Shown: positions 25,741-39,929 of the stretch, piece by piece
Layout: each line of letters opens with the position of its first letter
Numbering within the stretch: position 1 is the first letter of the stretch
NCBI RefSeq assembly: GCF_009914755.1
Contig: NC_060928.1
DNA from: the human T2T-CHM13v2.0 reference genome, Homo sapiens
Length of the DNA stretch: 64,000 nucleotides
Reading direction: 5' to 3' (one strand)
Translations under genes and position numbers: made by a program
The notes under the pieces: model-generated
Told to the model about the DNA's origin: nothing
Database searches by the model: none
Seen by the model: only the letters and a program-made list of their open reading frames with translations

Positions 25741-27588
25741 GTACCCATAGAGTCTAATGGGGCCTCAGAGGGGCAGGTAGCTTACTAAGACTTCTTCAGC
25801 CTCCCTAAGAGCTAAGAAACAGCAACAGATGCTGACTGAAAACTCTAGAGTCATCCAGAGGTAAAGGTCACTCTACAGATGGTATATGACAAATATACCA
25901 TTGTTTTCAGTCCTCTCCTGCAGGAAACAACAGAAACTCTTTTTAAGCATCTTAAAACACACACACAGAACTCTCTTCAATAGTGGTTAGCAAGCATCTA
26001 TATGTGTTCCTCGTCATCAGGTTTCTAGAAATCTAATTGCTGAAGCTGATGTCTCTCTGTGAAGTAAGCTGATCTGCTCAAGTGTCCCCTTTTGCTGCTT
26101 TGACACCTCCACGGAGCTGCCCGGTGCCATCCGCAGCTCGTGCAAACACTCTGCTCCAAGATTATGAGCGAGTGACAGCACAGCCTTTCAAGGTGTGCTA
26201 AATGAGAAATGTGCAATTTAGGCAGAGCATTCACATGTTTGAATGGAGGACGGCAACTGTCGAGGCTGCCGGCATTGAACGGAAATTGATGTTCTGGTTG
26301 CTATCTACCTAGCAGAAATGAGTTCTGGGAAATCAGCCTCAGCAAGAGGGACAGAGGAGCAGGTGGACAGAGGAAGAAAGTGAATCCTCTTGAGAAGAGT
26401 TTCCCCCTTTGTTACTTTCACTGTCCTGTGCATCTCTGCTGGTAGTTTGCTTCGTGGGTCTTTGTGGGCGATGGCTTTGTGAATCCCATCCAGCCTCCAC
26501 TTCAGAGCATGAAGGAGCAGATGCATTAACAAAGGAGGGCAAGGGATGCGCTACAGAGACACAAGTTTCTCACTGAGAAATGGAGATTTGAGGACAGCAG
26601 GGGGTGTGCCTTGAGCAGAAGGATTTTGCAAGGAGAGTAAGCCTGTGACTATTGTCAGGGGAGATACCCTTTGCTTGTTTTAGGTTATATGTCCCAGTTA
26701 TACTTGGAAGAGAAGGAAGTGGCATCACAGGGTGGAGGAATGCCTTTGGAACAGTCCAGCAATTTCCCACTTCTAACAGACCCCGTTCTGGGACACAAGG
26801 AGAGCCCAACGACCCAGCGAGATGCTGGGTTCAGCCTGGAGACCGACTGGCTGAATCCACATGCATCTCAGATAAAGCGTCTCAGATAAGGGACCACTCT
26901 GTCCCTGCTCAGGGAAGCAGGGAAGCAGACAAGCTTTGCTGTGATTGCCAAACTTAAAAAGGCTGTACCTCTCCAACCTCTGTGTGTTTCAACAGCAAAA
27001 GAATCTTCAGCCATCAGCCCTGGCCTTGTGCTTCCACTGAGCTCTGGGTCCCTTTGCACTGCCCTCATTTGATGATGACTGTTTTTATATCTGTCCCTCA
27101 TGTAACAGAATGAAAAGCACCCCAGCAGAAGCAGGCCCTTATTTTTAAAAAGTGACCCCAATAAATCTCATGTATCATTCAGTCACCACAAACCCTGAGG
27201 GGTATTTGTTCATTCTCAACAGGTCTTGGCTTTAGGTGATTGGAGAGAGAGGGAAAAGGGGTTTCATAGACCTCTTTGGAAATCTGATAAAAGCTACAGA
27301 TACCAGGGCAGAAAAATGAACACACATGCTAAAAGTTGTATATAATTTCAGGAAGTTCACACTTTCCTCGAACTTCAGATTAAGAAACCCTACTCCAGTT
27401 GTTTCCAAAAGTAGGGAGGTGCCTAGATCTCTGTCACCCATCCTTGGACCAGAAGGACGTTTGTATAGAATTAGAGAGGCACTGATTCTCTACATGCAGC
27501 CCTCTTCACTTGGACAAGGTGAATGCCCTCTTTGATGCTTGTCTCTTTGCTGTTTATGGAAACAGTGCTTTTACCTGGTAACAGAGCG

Positions 27589-27590
<2 letters not shown>

Positions 27591-27631
<41 letters not shown>
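27591..27631. repeat. (GT)20 microsatellite
   Basis: Direct read. Confidence 0.98.
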
Positions 27632-27634
<3 letters not shown>

Positions 27635-28042
27635 AGAAAGGCATCAAGATAAAAAATCGCCCCCTCACCCATCAGAAAACAATGGACTCTGATAGAAATT
27701 GGTTTTTCTTTTGATTTAGAGCTTTAAAAATCAAAATATAAACTACATGTTCATGGACTGCTTCTTAAAAGCTCTCCAAATGGTTTTATGCTGCTATTCA
27801 ACATTATCCACATCCACACACACTGTCGAATACCTACTATAGGGTAATGCCTTTTTCTTGAAGGTTAGTTCCCAAGTGAGCTGTAGAAAAATGTTCATGA
27901 AATACCTAAGGGCATTGAGATTTCTGGTCTAGAGGAGAGGATCACCTAGTGATTTTTTAACTGCCCCTACACCACTTGTTAGAGGAATAGGGATTCAGCA
28001 ACTCATTTTTTGGCTATAGATTCAGAACTCATAAAGGTAAGG

Positions 28043-28385
28043 TGCCATGATTTTATTGTTTGTGACCACCCTCCCAAATTCATATATTGAAATCCTAACT
28101 CCCAAGGTGATGGTATTAGGAGATATTGCATTTGGGAGGTTATTAGATCATGAGGGTGGAGCCCTTATAAATGAGATTAATGCTCTTATAAAAGAGGCCC
28201 CAGAGAGATCCCTGGTCCCTTCTGCCATGTGAGGACTCTACGAGAAAATGGCCTTCTATGAACCAGGAAACAGGTCCTCAACAGACACCGAATTTGCCAG
28301 TGTCTTGATCTCAGACTTCCCAGCCTCCAGAACTGTGAGCAATAAACTTGTGTTTATAAGCTACCTAGTCTAAGATATTTGGTTT
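28043..28385 (+). mobile_element. MLT1A/A0 solo LTR
   Basis: caaattcatatattgaaatcctaactcccaaggtgatggtattagg...gacttcccagcctccagaactgtgagcaataaa. Confidence 0.88.
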
Positions 28386-28548
28386 GTTTGCCCTTTCTAG
28401 GGCAGCTATGTTTAAGCTGGATGCTCAGAGAAAAAGAGAATGCAGGGAAAGAATGAATAGACCTGTAGAGAAAAGCAGAGGCAAAGTGCCATGTGGACAG
28501 GAAGAAAGAGCGAGCAACCTTGGTGTCTGTGGCTGGCTAAGGAGATTC

Positions 28549-29142
28549 TGTGCAAGGATGCCCACCAACAGTCCTCCCAACCCGGTGCGTGCATGCTGCT
28601 CTCCCCATCAGGAGGTGACGTCTGTTCACCTGCCCTTAAATTCAGCTGGTCTTATGATTTACTTTGACCAAGAGAGTGTGTTGAGAGTAATGCTGTGTGA
28701 TTTCCAGGACAGGCCTTAAAAGACCTTGCAGTTTTCATTTTCACCCTCTTGGAAGCCGATCAAATGTAGTAATGCATGGCCTTGGTTTCTGAACTATAAA
28801 GACCATGTACTGAGAGAGAATTTATGTGAAGGAGAACTGAAAGGTCCCAGCCCACAGCAAAGACCAAGCCCCAGACATGCAAGTGAGTCTGTTTTGGATG
28901 CCCCAGGACAGTCTAGCTACCTTAACTGACACCGTCAGAGGGGAGAGACCCAGCCACACCAGCTTGACTAAGGTGTTTGAGCCATTGCATGTGAAGTCCC
29001 AGACATGTAGAGAAGAGATGAACCATCCAACCTAAGCCCTGCCCTAGTTCCTGGCCCATGAAAATCACAAGAAAATAAAGTGGTTGTTGCATTAAACCAC
29101 TAGGTTTTAAGGTCATTTGTTGCACTGCAGGAGATAACTGCT
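28549..29142 (+). mobile_element. MLT1G/H-like solo LTR
   Basis: ccccatcaggaggtg...tttgaccaa...tgctgtgtgatttcca...ttaaaccactaggttttaagg...gataactg. Confidence 0.75.
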
Positions 29143-29144
29143 AC

Positions 29145-30366
29145 CCAATATCCCTTTCTTTTTCTTCTTTACCAGCAGAAACAGATTGTATGTGAAGTCA
29201 CAATTGGCCTACTAAAAAAAAATGCTTTCTCAAATCAAAATTGCAATGAGATACCATCTCGTGCCAGTTAGAATGGCGATCTTTAAAGAGTCAGGAAACA
29301 ACAGATGCTGGAGAGCATGTAGAGAAATAGGAATGCTTTTACATTGTTGGTGGGAGTGTAAATTAGTTCAACCATTATGGAAGACAGTGTGGCAATTCCT
29401 CAAGGATCTAGAACCAGAAATACCATTTAATCCAGCAATTCCATTACTGGGTATATACCCAAAGGATTATAAATCATTCTACTATAAAGACACATGCATA
29501 TGTATATATACTACAGCACTATTAACAATAGCAAAGACTGGAAACCAACCCAAATGCCCATCAATGATAGACTGGATAAAGAAAATGTGGCACATATACA
29601 CCACGGAATACTATGCAGCCATAAAAGGATGAGTTCATATCCTTTGCAGGGACGTGGATGAAGCTGGAAATCATCATTCTCAGCAAACTAACACAAGAAC
29701 AGAAAACCAAACACTGCATGTTCTCACTCATAAGTGAGAGTTGAACAATGAGAACACATGGACACAGGGAGGGGAACATCATACACTGGGGCCTGTTGGG
29801 GGGTTGGGGGGCTAGGGGAGGGATAGCATTAGGAGAAATACCTAATGTAGATGACAGGCTGATTGGTGCAGCAAATCACCATGGCATGTGTATACCGATG
29901 TAACAAACCTGCACGTTCTGCACATGTATCACAGAACTTAAGTATAATAAAAGAAAAAAAAAGCTTTCTCATCTTTCTTTCAGTCATGGATCACCAAGTG
30001 GCTAAATTCTAGCCAATGAGATATCACTGGGTGGAAACTCTCAGAGAGCTTTCCAAAAGGTTAGATGTGTCTAACATTCCTTTTCATTTTATGTCCCTGT
30101 GTCTTTTTCCAGATTAGGATGCAGACCTCCTCCTTTGATGATCAGCAGCCACCTTGCAACCATTCAAGGGTGGACAAAAGCTCCACCCCTGAATTCCTAA
30201 TGACATGGATAAGTGCAACTTTTGAAATTATTTCATGAGAAAAATAAGACTTCTGATTGTTTAAGCCAATATAACTAGTTGTTGGGGTTTAGTCGTTGTT
30301 TTGTTTCTTTTTTATTGTTTATTTATTTGTTTTGGTTGCTCGCATCAAGCACATTTCCAATTTACA
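29145..30366 (+). mobile_element. Older MLT1 (K/L-like) LTR hosting the L1PA insertion
   Basis: cccaatatccctttc [L1] ...gtggctaaattctagccaatgagat...gcagccaccttgcaaccat...ttgtttaagcca. Confidence 0.5.
29233..29962 (+). mobile_element. L1PA (PA7-like) 5'-truncated 3' end
   Basis: ORF 29222-29632 encodes the ORF2 C-terminus ([26 protein letters not shown]). G-rich 3'UTR and poly-A. TSD aaaa(t/a)gctttctca. Confidence 0.95.
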
Positions 30367-31689
30367 TATTGTAAATTCCAGGCCCCATTGGAATTTGCAA
30401 TTCAAGACTCAGCTGCATTTCAGCCCTTGGATTCTGTGAGATAACTCGGTATCTTAATACTTTTTATTATTTTCTTCACCTAGCTTGAGTAGGTTTCTGT
30501 TACCACTAATTAAGCAATCCCTCACCAAGACAAGGAAGCTTGAGTTGAGGGTACAAAGGGAGAGTTTTGCAAGGGTGATGCTCTCTTTTACTGAAGACAA
30601 GGCCAGAGACTATTTCTCAGCAGCCAAAGAGGTTAGGGCTATGACCTACTCAGGTTATGAGCCATTGGAAAGATTTCCAGGGGTCTTTGAACAACCTCCT
30701 TCCTTGGAAATCATCTGAGTAGGGTGGGCAGCTGTTTTTGGGGGCTGGGTTAGTTAGGTATGGCCCTCCCTGTAGACAAGCACATCAGAGAGGTAATCTT
30801 AGATGTGGAGATGCAGTTTCTTTGTATGGTCAAACACGCAGCTCAAGCAAAGAGCTAGAGGCACTCCTGGCCCTCTGTCTGTACTCCGGTGAGGCTTCAA
30901 AGAAGAAATTGCCAAGCTAAAGGGAGCACAGGCATGGTCCCTTCTACAGGTATTCTCTGTCCACAGGCTTCAGGGCTGTACTTAATGGTGTAGAATGGAA
31001 TCATCCTATTCATTACTGGTTTCTTTGAAGCATCTTCTTCATAGCAATCCTCCGGTTGCAGATTTCTTCTTTCCTGACTTACTGAAGCAGCGGATATGAT
31101 TTTTAGATCTGACTGCTCTTGCCACCTGCGGTGGAGGTTGATGCTGGGTAAGGCCATGCTGACTGTGCTGCTGCAGGCCCTGGGTCCGTTTTGATGTGGT
31201 TTCTGGGTAGCACCATTTCAGCCCTCCTGAGGTGCTTAAAAAAACCCAGAGCCAACTGCCATCCACAGCAGGTGGTGGGTCCCAAGTTACTGCTGCTCCC
31301 CATGAGGAGAGAGCACTGTTCTCTGCTTTCCTGCTTGCAGGATTGTTCCAGTTTAGAAAAGGCCCACAGAAAATCAAATGTTCATTTCCTTCACAGAACA
31401 GCTGAGAGGCTCTCTTTTTCACACAACCACGAACTTCCTTCCAATAGAATTATTGATACTTAAATGTCATCTCAATGGTAGCAGAAATTTTTCACTTGTT
31501 AGTGATTTGGGGGCTGGGAAAAGGTGGGGAAGCAGAAAATTTGATAGTTCTTTTTAACATGCCTTATACGAAGGCATTTTCTGGAAGATGTTGGTTTGTT
31601 ACTATCCAGCATTTGACCCCAAAGAGAAAATTGCATTCTGATGGAAAACTAGGAATTCATTTCTGAGCACTAAATTGTAGACATTTATC

Positions 31690-31980
31690 TGGAAAGATGT
31701 TCAACATGAATTTTTAAGTGAAAAAAGGTGGGTTGCAGGACTATGCATAGCACGATCTTAATTTTGTCTAAATAAAGAAAGAGAGAAAGGAAATGAAAGA
31801 AGGAAAGAGGAAGGAAGAAAAATCATTTTAAAGTTATAATTCTGTATATCCAAAAAAGACCATAAAGGTTAAATATTAACAGTTGTTATGGTATTTATTT
31901 GGGTGGGATTATTTGTGATTTCTGATTTCTTTTACTTACTTTTGTCTATTTTCCAGATTTTCTATAATGAACAGTAAAAC
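31690..31980 (+). mobile_element. L1ME-like 3' end remnant
   Basis: ttaagtgaaaaaagg...tattaacagttgtta...gggtgggattat...ttttctataatgaac. Confidence 0.55.
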
Positions 31981-32633
31981 ATTATTAGAAGTATTATTTT
32001 AGCTGACATTAATCTTGCATACCATTTCTAAAAACCTTATATTGTTGTTTCTTACAATATTAACCTATACATGGTTTTCCAACTATAGCTAGCTATCTAT
32101 TGTTTTTGTTATTGAGCACAACAAAGAATGGAACAGATAGGGCACGTAAATAATTCAAACTATCTTAGAATCTTGTCTTCCCTCTTCCAAGATTATTTGT
32201 AAGTTTCCAGATGAATTTACTATGGTTCTATTACTAGTCATGTCTCTTCATTCACTCACCAAATAGTTTTTGAGCATCTACTATGCGTGGTGAGCTAGAG
32301 AGAAACTGTGGCTATGAGACACTGTCTCTCTAGGGCCTACTCAGAGTGGATGATGAGTTCCGTCCTGAAATCTAGTTTCTGCTGAGGGTCAAGGTCACTG
32401 GAGTGCATGTGAAAAAAATGTGCTGAGACCGTGTGTGGGCTCAGGGGGAAAGAAAGCCATGGTCAACTAGGAGGCTCTGCCATAGCTGTAGGAAGAAGAA
32501 ATGAGGCAGGTGCATAGGAGATTGGCCAACCTTGGTGATGTTTATGGTCAGGGAAAAAAAGGAACAAAATAAGAGGAAATAATGTGAGTAACCTATGTAA
32601 GAAATACTCGGCCTTTGACTAAGAGAAAGCTGG

Positions 32634-32985
32634 TGATATGGTTTGGCTGTGTCCCAATCCAAATCTCATCTTGGATTGTAGTTCACCTAATTCCCAAGTG
32701 TTGTGGGAAGGACAGAGTGGGAGATAATTGAATCATGGGGGTCATTTCCCCCATACTGTTATTGTGGTAGGGAATAAGTCTCATGAGATTTGATGGTTTT
32801 ATAAGGGGAAACTCCTTTCACTTGACTCTTATTATCTTCTCTTGTTTGCCACCATGTGAGACGTGCCTTCACCTTCCACCATGATTATGAGGCCTCCCCA
32901 GCCACATGGAACTGTGCCTCTTTCCTTTATAAATTACCCAGTCTCAGATATGCCTTTATTAACAGCATGAAAACAGACTAATACA
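32634..32985 (+). mobile_element. THE1 (B/C-like) solo LTR
   Basis: tgatatggtttggctgtgtccc...aaacagactaataca with a perfect 5-bp TSD gctgg (32629-32633 and 32986-32990). Confidence 0.95.
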
Positions 32986-33744
32986 GCTGGCCTTTGCCCT
33001 CCCCCGACTCCCACCTCTAAGGCTGCTGGTTTTCCAATTTGCTTTTCCTGTTCCCTGAAGTTCTGCATAGTCACTGAGAGCCTGGCCTGCTAAAGTATTT
33101 GCCCTTCCTTCCCCTTTTCTCCCATATCTCCATCTGAAGGGAATAACTTTGAAGGCAATGATCCTACAGGACCTTGATCCACCACAGCCCCTCTAGCATC
33201 CTATCTGCACCTGGATAGTATAGCTACCCACTGGAATCTTGTTTCTTTTTCATTCAAGAAAGCAAAGATCAAGTTTAAGTGTACTATTTTGACAAAAATA
33301 AAATAAATTTGAAAATGCTGGGGATATGTGGTTTGCTGATTCCCACCTTTACAGCCACAACCACTTACAAATCTTTCTAATGTTTTGTCAGATTCTGGAT
33401 CCAATACCTTGCAGTCATGCATAGATGCCCATAATGGTTATTTATGTTCTTGGTGAGTTTATTCTCCCATTCTGCTAGGGTCATTTATTTCCACAGGAGG
33501 GTGATACCATACAATATTGGTTTTCATGAGGTGCTGCACTGACATTTTTGTACTGCAGGAGGAATGGGGGCTTAGGGAGGCAGACCAAGTTCAAGGGTAA
33601 CCAGCTTAGGAACACATCAGAGCTGAGGAGCCTCTCAGGCCTTTATCCATAGGTGCACCTTAAGTTGGTTTTGTAGGCAAATTCTAAACAATGGGTTAAA
33701 AAATCATTTGCGTAAACAGAGTGGGGTCCCGGGAGTGGGATCCT

Positions 33745-34007
33745 GTGGAAGAGGACAAAAGAGAGACAGGTACATTGGGTGTAACTTTTATTGAAAACAA
33801 TTAGCATTTCAGTGGGTTTGCGGAATTCAAACCTGTGTTGTTCAAGACCAATTGCATTAACAAAATTATGTGTAAGGCTGGTGTTGGGGGCACATGGAAC
33901 CAGCACTTGCTATGAAAAGTCCAGGGGGCTTTCCAGTGGGTAACAGGAGAATAAACCTGAATGTGTAACTTCTGTTTATGATGACGGTGAACAAGAGAAT
34001 GTACCCT
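33745..34007 (+). repeat. Local non-tandem duplication, copy of 35500-35764
   Basis: Contains the Tigger2 right end plus ~150 bp of the same unique flank, ending gagaatgtaccct. About 87% identity by manual count. Confidence 0.95.
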
Positions 34008-34117
34008 AATTTAAGGCAGAACGCCCTCTTATCTCTGCGCTTGGCTCATCTCAGCCTTCAAACAGTAGTAGAGTCTGAAGTGAGGGAAAATGAGAAATTA
34101 TAGTAGTAAAGAAAAAC

Positions 34118-34225
34118 CTGGGAGGCTGAGGCAGGAGAATCGCTTGAATCCAGGAGGCAGACATTGCAGTGAGCCGAGATTGTGCCACTGCACTCCAGCC
34201 TGGGCAACAGAGAGAGACTCCTTCT
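34118..34225 (+). mobile_element. Alu right-arm fragment
   Basis: gggaggctgaggcaggagaatcgcttgaa...cactgcactccagcctgggcaacagag. Confidence 0.9.
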
Positions 34226-34336
34226 AGAAAGAAAGGAGAGGAGAGGAGAGGAGAGGAGAGGAGAGGAGAGGAGAAGAGAGGAGAGGAGAGGAGGGGGAGG
34301 GGAGGGGAGGGGAGGGGAGGGGAGGGGAGCGGAGGG
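34226..34336. repeat. (GAGAG)n-(GGGGA)n polypurine repeat in the Alu tail position
   Basis: Direct read. Confidence 0.95.
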
Positions 34337-35123
34337 CGAAGGCCCATGAGTGAATAAACTCAGTGACTTTAAGGGTTCCTTGGGAAAAGTGAAAAAGCCA
34401 TGAAGCTCAGAAGAATTGGGACACATGAAACCTCTATCCAGTTTGAGACATAACCAGTGGGATGAATTCCACCTCGGCCAGCTTCTTGAAAAGCTGGGGT
34501 GCCTGAGGAAAAGGGAGATTTTTCTTTCATGGAGTAAATAGGTAGTGTAGGTTAATGTTTGATGGGTTGTGTGAAATCCCCAGAAGTCTCAGGGCATTAA
34601 ACACCACAGTAGATTAAACGACACCAATTACCATCATATTACCGTGAGAGAACGATTAAAGTGTAAACCATCACAAGGAATTTGAGTGATCTACATGACT
34701 CAATCAGCAAAGCAACCACACCATGAGAAGCTTTTGAAGCTAATGGAGAAGCATCCCTGCATGCCAAGTAGCAAAACGTCTAAGTTACAATTCAACCTGC
34801 TCCAGGAGCTCAGGTGCTCTTAAGCCACTCGACATAAGTATATATCAATTCCTAAAAATTAGTGCTGTGGTATCCTAATAACTTACACTGGAATAGCTCT
34901 TTGCAGACACTCAATATAACAGTTTTTATTAAAAAGTTGACACATATTATTGCAGAGCATTTCTCCTCCAATGACAATTCATAATAAGTACAGAAAACTC
35001 ACAACAGAGAAAGATCATGTTTAATAAGCATTTATTATGTCCCCACAGCATGCCATTGCTGAAAAGGATATAGACATAGAAAGGAACTTTACACTCAACT
35101 AAATTAAAATCCAAAGAAAGGAA

Positions 35124-35610
35124 GAGTTGACCCTTGAACAACATGGAGATTGGGGAGCCAACCTCCAATGCAGTTGGAAATCCAGGTATAACTTTTGACT
35201 CCCTCAAAACTTTACTAATAGCCTACCGCTAACTGGAAGGCTTACTCATAACATAAACAGTCAATTAACACATATTTTTAGGTGTTATATGTATCATATA
35301 TTGTATTCTTTCCACAAAGTAAGCTAGAGAAAGGAAACTGTTAAGAAAATCATAAGAAAGAGAAAATATATTTACTATTCACTATGTGGAAGTGGATCAT
35401 CATAAAGGTCTTTATCCTTGTTGAGTAGGCTGAGGAGGAGAGGGAAGAAGAGGGATTCTTGCTGTCTCAGGGGTGGCAGAGGTGGAAGAAGTGGAGAAGG
35501 TGGAAGGGGAGACAGGAGAGGCAGGCACATTTGTGTAACTTTTATTGAAAAACAAAATAGCATTTCAGTGGGCTCGCGGAGTTCAAACCTGTGTCATTCA
35601 AGGCCAATTG
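35124..35610. mobile_element. Tigger2a/MER28-like DNA transposon
   Basis: agttgacccttgaacaac...gttcaaacctgtgtcattcaaggccaattg. Same family as 11739-12268. Confidence 0.88.
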
Positions 35611-36319
35611 CATTAATAAAAATTATGCATCAGGCTGGTTGTGGGGGCACATGAAGCCAGCACTTGCCACGAAAAGTCCAGGGAGATTTCCAGTGGGTAA
35701 CAGGAGAATAAACCTGAACGTGCACCTTCTGTTTATAATGACGGTGAACGAGAGAATGTACCCTCCTAGCTTATTTTCTTCCCGTCCCACTCCTGCAGGA
35801 ATAGAATTAGAAATGCAGCTGCATATAGATTTTTTTTGCATGTAGGCAGTTATTTCTAAGATAGTCTCCGTTGGCCAACCTGTCCTGATGACATTTCATA
35901 TAGAAACTGTAAATGTCCTTGCCTCAATAGAGAGTCCTGATATTACCCAGCTGACATCAACACTGTGGCTTCATTGTGTTCTTTCCATCAGAGTTTAATT
36001 TCCTCAGTCAAACACAACTCCTGATAAAGAACCACCTATCACTCTGCCCAATTCCTCTGACCTATTTTGACCAAATGAAATAACATCTATATTGAACGTG
36101 GGTTTTTTTCCCTGACCAGGCAAATCTTCAGAGGAGATGCTGGCGTGCAGTGCAATCTTTCCAAGTTTTTCATGCTATAACCTGCGGTCCGTCTTGCAAA
36201 TTAAGTATGATTTGGTTTGGTGGAGTTGATCTCTGGGACATTGTCCCCATTCTGCCTGAATTTTCCCTCCACCATTCTAGTCCTCCTCCGCGTCTGTCTC
36301 AGATAGTCCCTCACAGAGG

Positions 36320-36550
36320 CAGTACAGCTTGGTGCAGAGAATATGGATTTTGAAGGCCAGTTGCCTTGGGGTATAAGTCAGGCACTGATACTTACCGGTT
36401 GTGTGGCTTTGGGCAAGTTACTTTACCTCTCTGAGCATAGATCTTTTCCGTGTAAAAACAATAATTCCTCCCTCAAAGGGCAGTCAGTTCCAAGGCTTAC
36501 ATGAGATAATACTTGTCAGGTTTTAGACACATAATTGATAATCCATGTCA
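36320..36550 (+). mobile_element. MIR
   Basis: tgtgtggctttgggcaagttactttacctctctgagc...atgagataatac. Confidence 0.8.
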
Positions 36551-37713
36551 ATTGCCACTGACTTGCCTCACTGACAATCCTGGGGCCCAGGACCAGGTTC
36601 CCTACCCTCACTTGGCTTTATCACAATCAGTTATTGGGTGTTTTTTGTTTTGTTTTGTTTTGTTTTGTTTTGTTTTTGTCTTCAAAGAAAGAATGTAACA
36701 GTTTAATGGATATAAAGGATAAGCGCACAAAATACAAACATTTCACTTTATTTTATATTTCTAAATATTTATATACTCTGCTTACATATAAGAAAAGGTA
36801 AATTCTGAAGCAGGCTGAGAATTAAGTAACTGTAAAATTTTTTTAGCAGAAAGTAATTTGGATACCAAGACTAAGCTGAAAAAAAACAAGATCTCACTCA
36901 ATATTACAAAGGGAAAGAATGTTTTTGATGCTCCATGATCAAAGAGGGAACCCAGAATGATTTATAACCATGTTTGTCAAACTCTAACATATGTGGAAAC
37001 CACCTGAATATTCACTGGATATTCACAGTGGGTGCTGAATAGTAACCTGCATTTTAACAAGCCCACCACGTTTTTTGTTGTTGTTGTTGTTTTTGATGTA
37101 GCAGGACTAAACTTTGGTAAACCCTGACTTAGAAAGGAGGCCATCATTAGAAGAAAAGACCAGCGACGTAACCCAGCATAACCCAGCAGCCAAACAATGT
37201 TTCCCATCTCTTTCTTCTCCTCCTCCCCTTCGTGCTTTCTCCCCTTTCTGTCTCTGTCTGTCTCTGTCTCTCTGTCTCTCTCTCTCTCCCAGCTCTGGCT
37301 CAACCTTGATGCTGGGGAAAAATGGAAATGTAATTGGTTTCCTCACGTATACAGTCAAGGTGGGGGTAGAGGATTGGGAAGAAGGATTACTCAGCATCAT
37401 TTGCTAAATGAGAAAACCTGTGGCAATCAAAAGATTCCTTTCTTGGGAAAAGTTTAAATCTACAGCCCCAGAAAAGCTGCACAAATTAACTATCCAGTGA
37501 AACTCCCAGAATTTCTAAGAGTCCCAGTCAAACATGGGGGGTAGGCATGTAAAAGGAGAAGATAAATAAATTCGAGTCTAATCTAAGACCACGGAAAACA
37601 AGACTGAGTTAAGCAAGGTTTAAGACGAGTCAAAGATTAGGGAAAAGGCACCCAAATCTACATAAACACTCATACATCTCCAAAAGGGTGTTTCACGCAC
37701 TTTTTAAAAGCTG

Positions 37714-38127
37714 TGTATATTAGTCACAATAGGCTAGATTATACGGCAGCGATGTATCAACCCCTAATCTCAGTAGGTTAAAACAGAAAAGGATTATTCT
37801 AACTCATGCTGAATATCTATCTAAGGGTGTCTGAACACTCTGCTCTGTGCCATCCTTGTTTGTCATCCTCATCCTGGGACCCAGGCTGAGTGGCCACTAC
37901 TTGAAGCAAGGCCAGTAAACATGGCAAAACAAAAAAGAGAGGGGTGAGGGTGATCTGGATGGTCCCGCATTGGCAATGAAATGTGCCAAACCAGAGATAT
38001 GTGCTCATTGCCCCAGATCAGTCACATGGCTCCACCCAACCATTAGAGGCCAGGAAGGACAATGCTACCATGCACCTGGAAGGGGGAAGAACCAGAATTA
38101 TTGGTGGACAGCACTAATGACAAAACA
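37714..38127 (-). mobile_element. MLT1J-like solo LTR
   Basis: tattagtcacaataggctagattat...ctgggacccaggctga...agtcacatggc...tggacagcactaatgac. Confidence 0.75.
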
Positions 38128-38626
38128 ATGTGGCACCGTGGCACTTTTTTATTCAAATAAAATATTATGCAGGACCCAAAATATGAGATATGTTTACTGG
38201 AGCTGCTCTGATTCAAGCTGAGAGGAGAGGGCGAGGTTGGAATTCAACCCCCACCACGAGACCCCTCCTCAGGCAGCCCCTGACACATCTCTGAGGACCC
38301 AGGACTCCTGGAGGCAGTTTGATGACCACTGCTCTAAAACACGCATTGCATTGTGTGTCTTATGTAAGTGCTGTTCTCTATTTATTGATGATTAATTGTT
38401 TTAATAAATGATTTTATTCTAATGGAAAGGTTTAATTAAATAGAAAAGCATTGTTCTGTGGCAAGCCTTTCTGTTTGAAACGGATGGTTATAAACAAAGC
38501 CTTACTTTTTACATATCATAAATGCAGACAAAATACTTATTAGAAAATAAACAACTCTAAAAATAGCCTCTGAACTTTACACCCTGCTCAATAAAATGAA
38601 GCGCACACAGAAGCTGGTTTCAAAGA

Positions 38627-39253
<627 letters not shown>

Positions 39254-39929
39254 TAAACTTAAAAATGAATACCAGTGGTTCCTCATTCTTGAATAAAACT
39301 TTACTTTTCATTATACCTGTTCACTAACTAACATTTAAAACACTTTTCTTCCTTTCTACATCTCTAATTACAATTGAATTAAAATTTAACCTTCTGATCA
39401 TAACAGAAAACATGCTTAAAGTCCAGTCTTTATTTGCTGTCATCTTCACTACCTCATCCTAGATCAAAATAAAATATTTAACTTGTTTTTGCCCAACTCT
39501 GTCTGGTAGGAAAGTATCTTACCCTGCTATTGACCTACCCATGACTGTAATGGGTTTGCACCAGGGTCTTTGGAAAGGCCGTAGTTTTTGAGCTTTTCTG
39601 GCCCAGATGGGAAGGAGATGCTGCCGTTTTCAGAAGTTCTGCCTGACGGTAGCTTAGTATCTTAGGAACTTGCTGAACTTGCTTTTGTGGAGGCTGGCAC
39701 ACTCTGAAGTCCTCCACCAGAAGGATGAATGGGCTGTGGAGCATGCACAGAGTGGTGGCTAGAGGGGCACACACTGGGTCAGCATCATGGGGGGAGCGTG
39801 TGTTGGGGAGAAGCACACAGCTCTGAGGTCCGAGGAACCGGTGATCTCAGGAAAATTGCTTAATGTTCACCTTCAGTTTCCCCACCTATACAGCAGGAAT
39901 TAGCTGAAATCTAAGGGTATATGAGAATT

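Noticed and set aside
29222-29632. 136-aa ORF
   Set aside because: It is the C-terminus of L1PA ORF2 in a 5'-truncated insertion. The ATG comes from the target site.
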